This document shows positions 63,135-64,000 of a DNA stretch of 64,000 nucleotides, in pieces. A model generated the notes under the pieces. That model searched no databases, had not been told where the DNA came from, and saw only the letters and a program-made list of their open reading frames with translations. Source of the stretch: Macrostomum hystrix (Eukaryota; Animalia; Platyhelminthes); the NCBI GenBank assembly GCA_950097015.1, contig CATNEN010000001.1, positions 23,684,001 to 23,748,000 on the forward strand. The letters run 5' to 3'. Made by a program: the position numbers and the translations under genes. Position 1 is the stretch's first letter, and each line of letters opens with the position of its first letter.

Positions 63135-64000
63135 GAGAGATGAGACACGAAAGAGATGAGACACGAAAGAGTTAAGACACTGGAGAGTTGAGACACGGGA
63201 GAGATGAGACACGGGAGAGATGAGACACGGGAGAGATGAGACACGGGAGAGATGAGACACGGGAAAGATGAGACACGGGAGAGATGAGACACGGGAAAGA
63301 TGAGGCACGGGAGAGATGAGACACGGGAGAGATGAGACACGAGAGAGATGAGACACGAAAGAGTTAAGACACTGAAGAGTTGAGATACGGGAGAGATGAG
63401 ACACGGGAAAGATGAGGCACGGGAGAGATGAGACACGGGAGAGACGAGACACGGGAAAGATGAGGCACGGGAGAGATGAGACACGGGAGAGATGAGACAC
63501 GAGAGAGATGAGACACGAAAGAGTTAAGACACTGAAGAGTTGAGATACGGGAGAGATGAGACACTGGAGAGATAAGACAAGGGAGAGATGAGACACGGGA
63601 GAGATGAGACAATGGAGAGATGAGACACGGGAGAGATGAGACACGGGAAAGATGAGGCACGGGAGAGATGAGACACGGGAGAGATGAGACACGGGAAAGA
63701 TGAGGCACGGGAGAGATGAGACACGGGAGAGATGAGACACGAGAGAGATGAGACACGAAAGAGTTAAGACACTGAAGAGTTGAGATACGGGAGAGATGAG
63801 ACACGGGAGAGATGAGACACGGGAGAGATGAGACACGGGAGAAATGAGACACTGGAGAGATAAGACAAGGGAGAGATGAGACACGGGAGAGATGAGACAA
63901 TGGAGAGATGAGACAGTGGAGAGATAAGACAAGGGAGAGATGAGACACGAAAGAGTTAAGACACTGAAGAGTTGAGACACGGGAGAGATGAGACACGGGA
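63135..64000. repeat. 16-bp minisatellite (gagacacgggagagat)n, runs off the window
   Basis: Direct tandem units. Confidence 0.95.

Overview
Eukaryotic (metazoan) genomic DNA. GC-rich exons with CAG runs, AT-rich introns and many different minisatellites suggest a flatworm such as Macrostomum (inference only). Protein genes: the 3' end of a Cys-loop anion-channel subunit (+, 2462-3546), an ARF1 with an intronless CDS (-, 9105-9656), a 10-exon HEAT-repeat gene resembling HEATR4 (+, 20942-31329, about 1272 aa) and a 3-exon LRR single-pass membrane protein (+, 53464-56095). The main hidden system is at about 11.2-20.1 kb on the minus strand, where the ORF track is almost empty. It is a multi-exon non-coding host transcript carrying 22 intact and 2 decayed intronic box C/D snoRNAs in four families, directly upstream of and co-oriented with ARF1. 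The families are: SNORD58-like (two sub-types shifted by one nucleotide), snR57-like, an LSU AGGUCUCCAA guide, and an unusual family with compensatory non-canonical C/D boxes and three 18S-complementary blocks. A U5 snRNA gene with an atypical Sm site lies in a HEAT-gene intron. Most long ORFs in the track are translations of tandem repeats. rRNA target assignments rely on recalled conserved eukaryotic rRNA sequence and need checking against this species' own rRNA.
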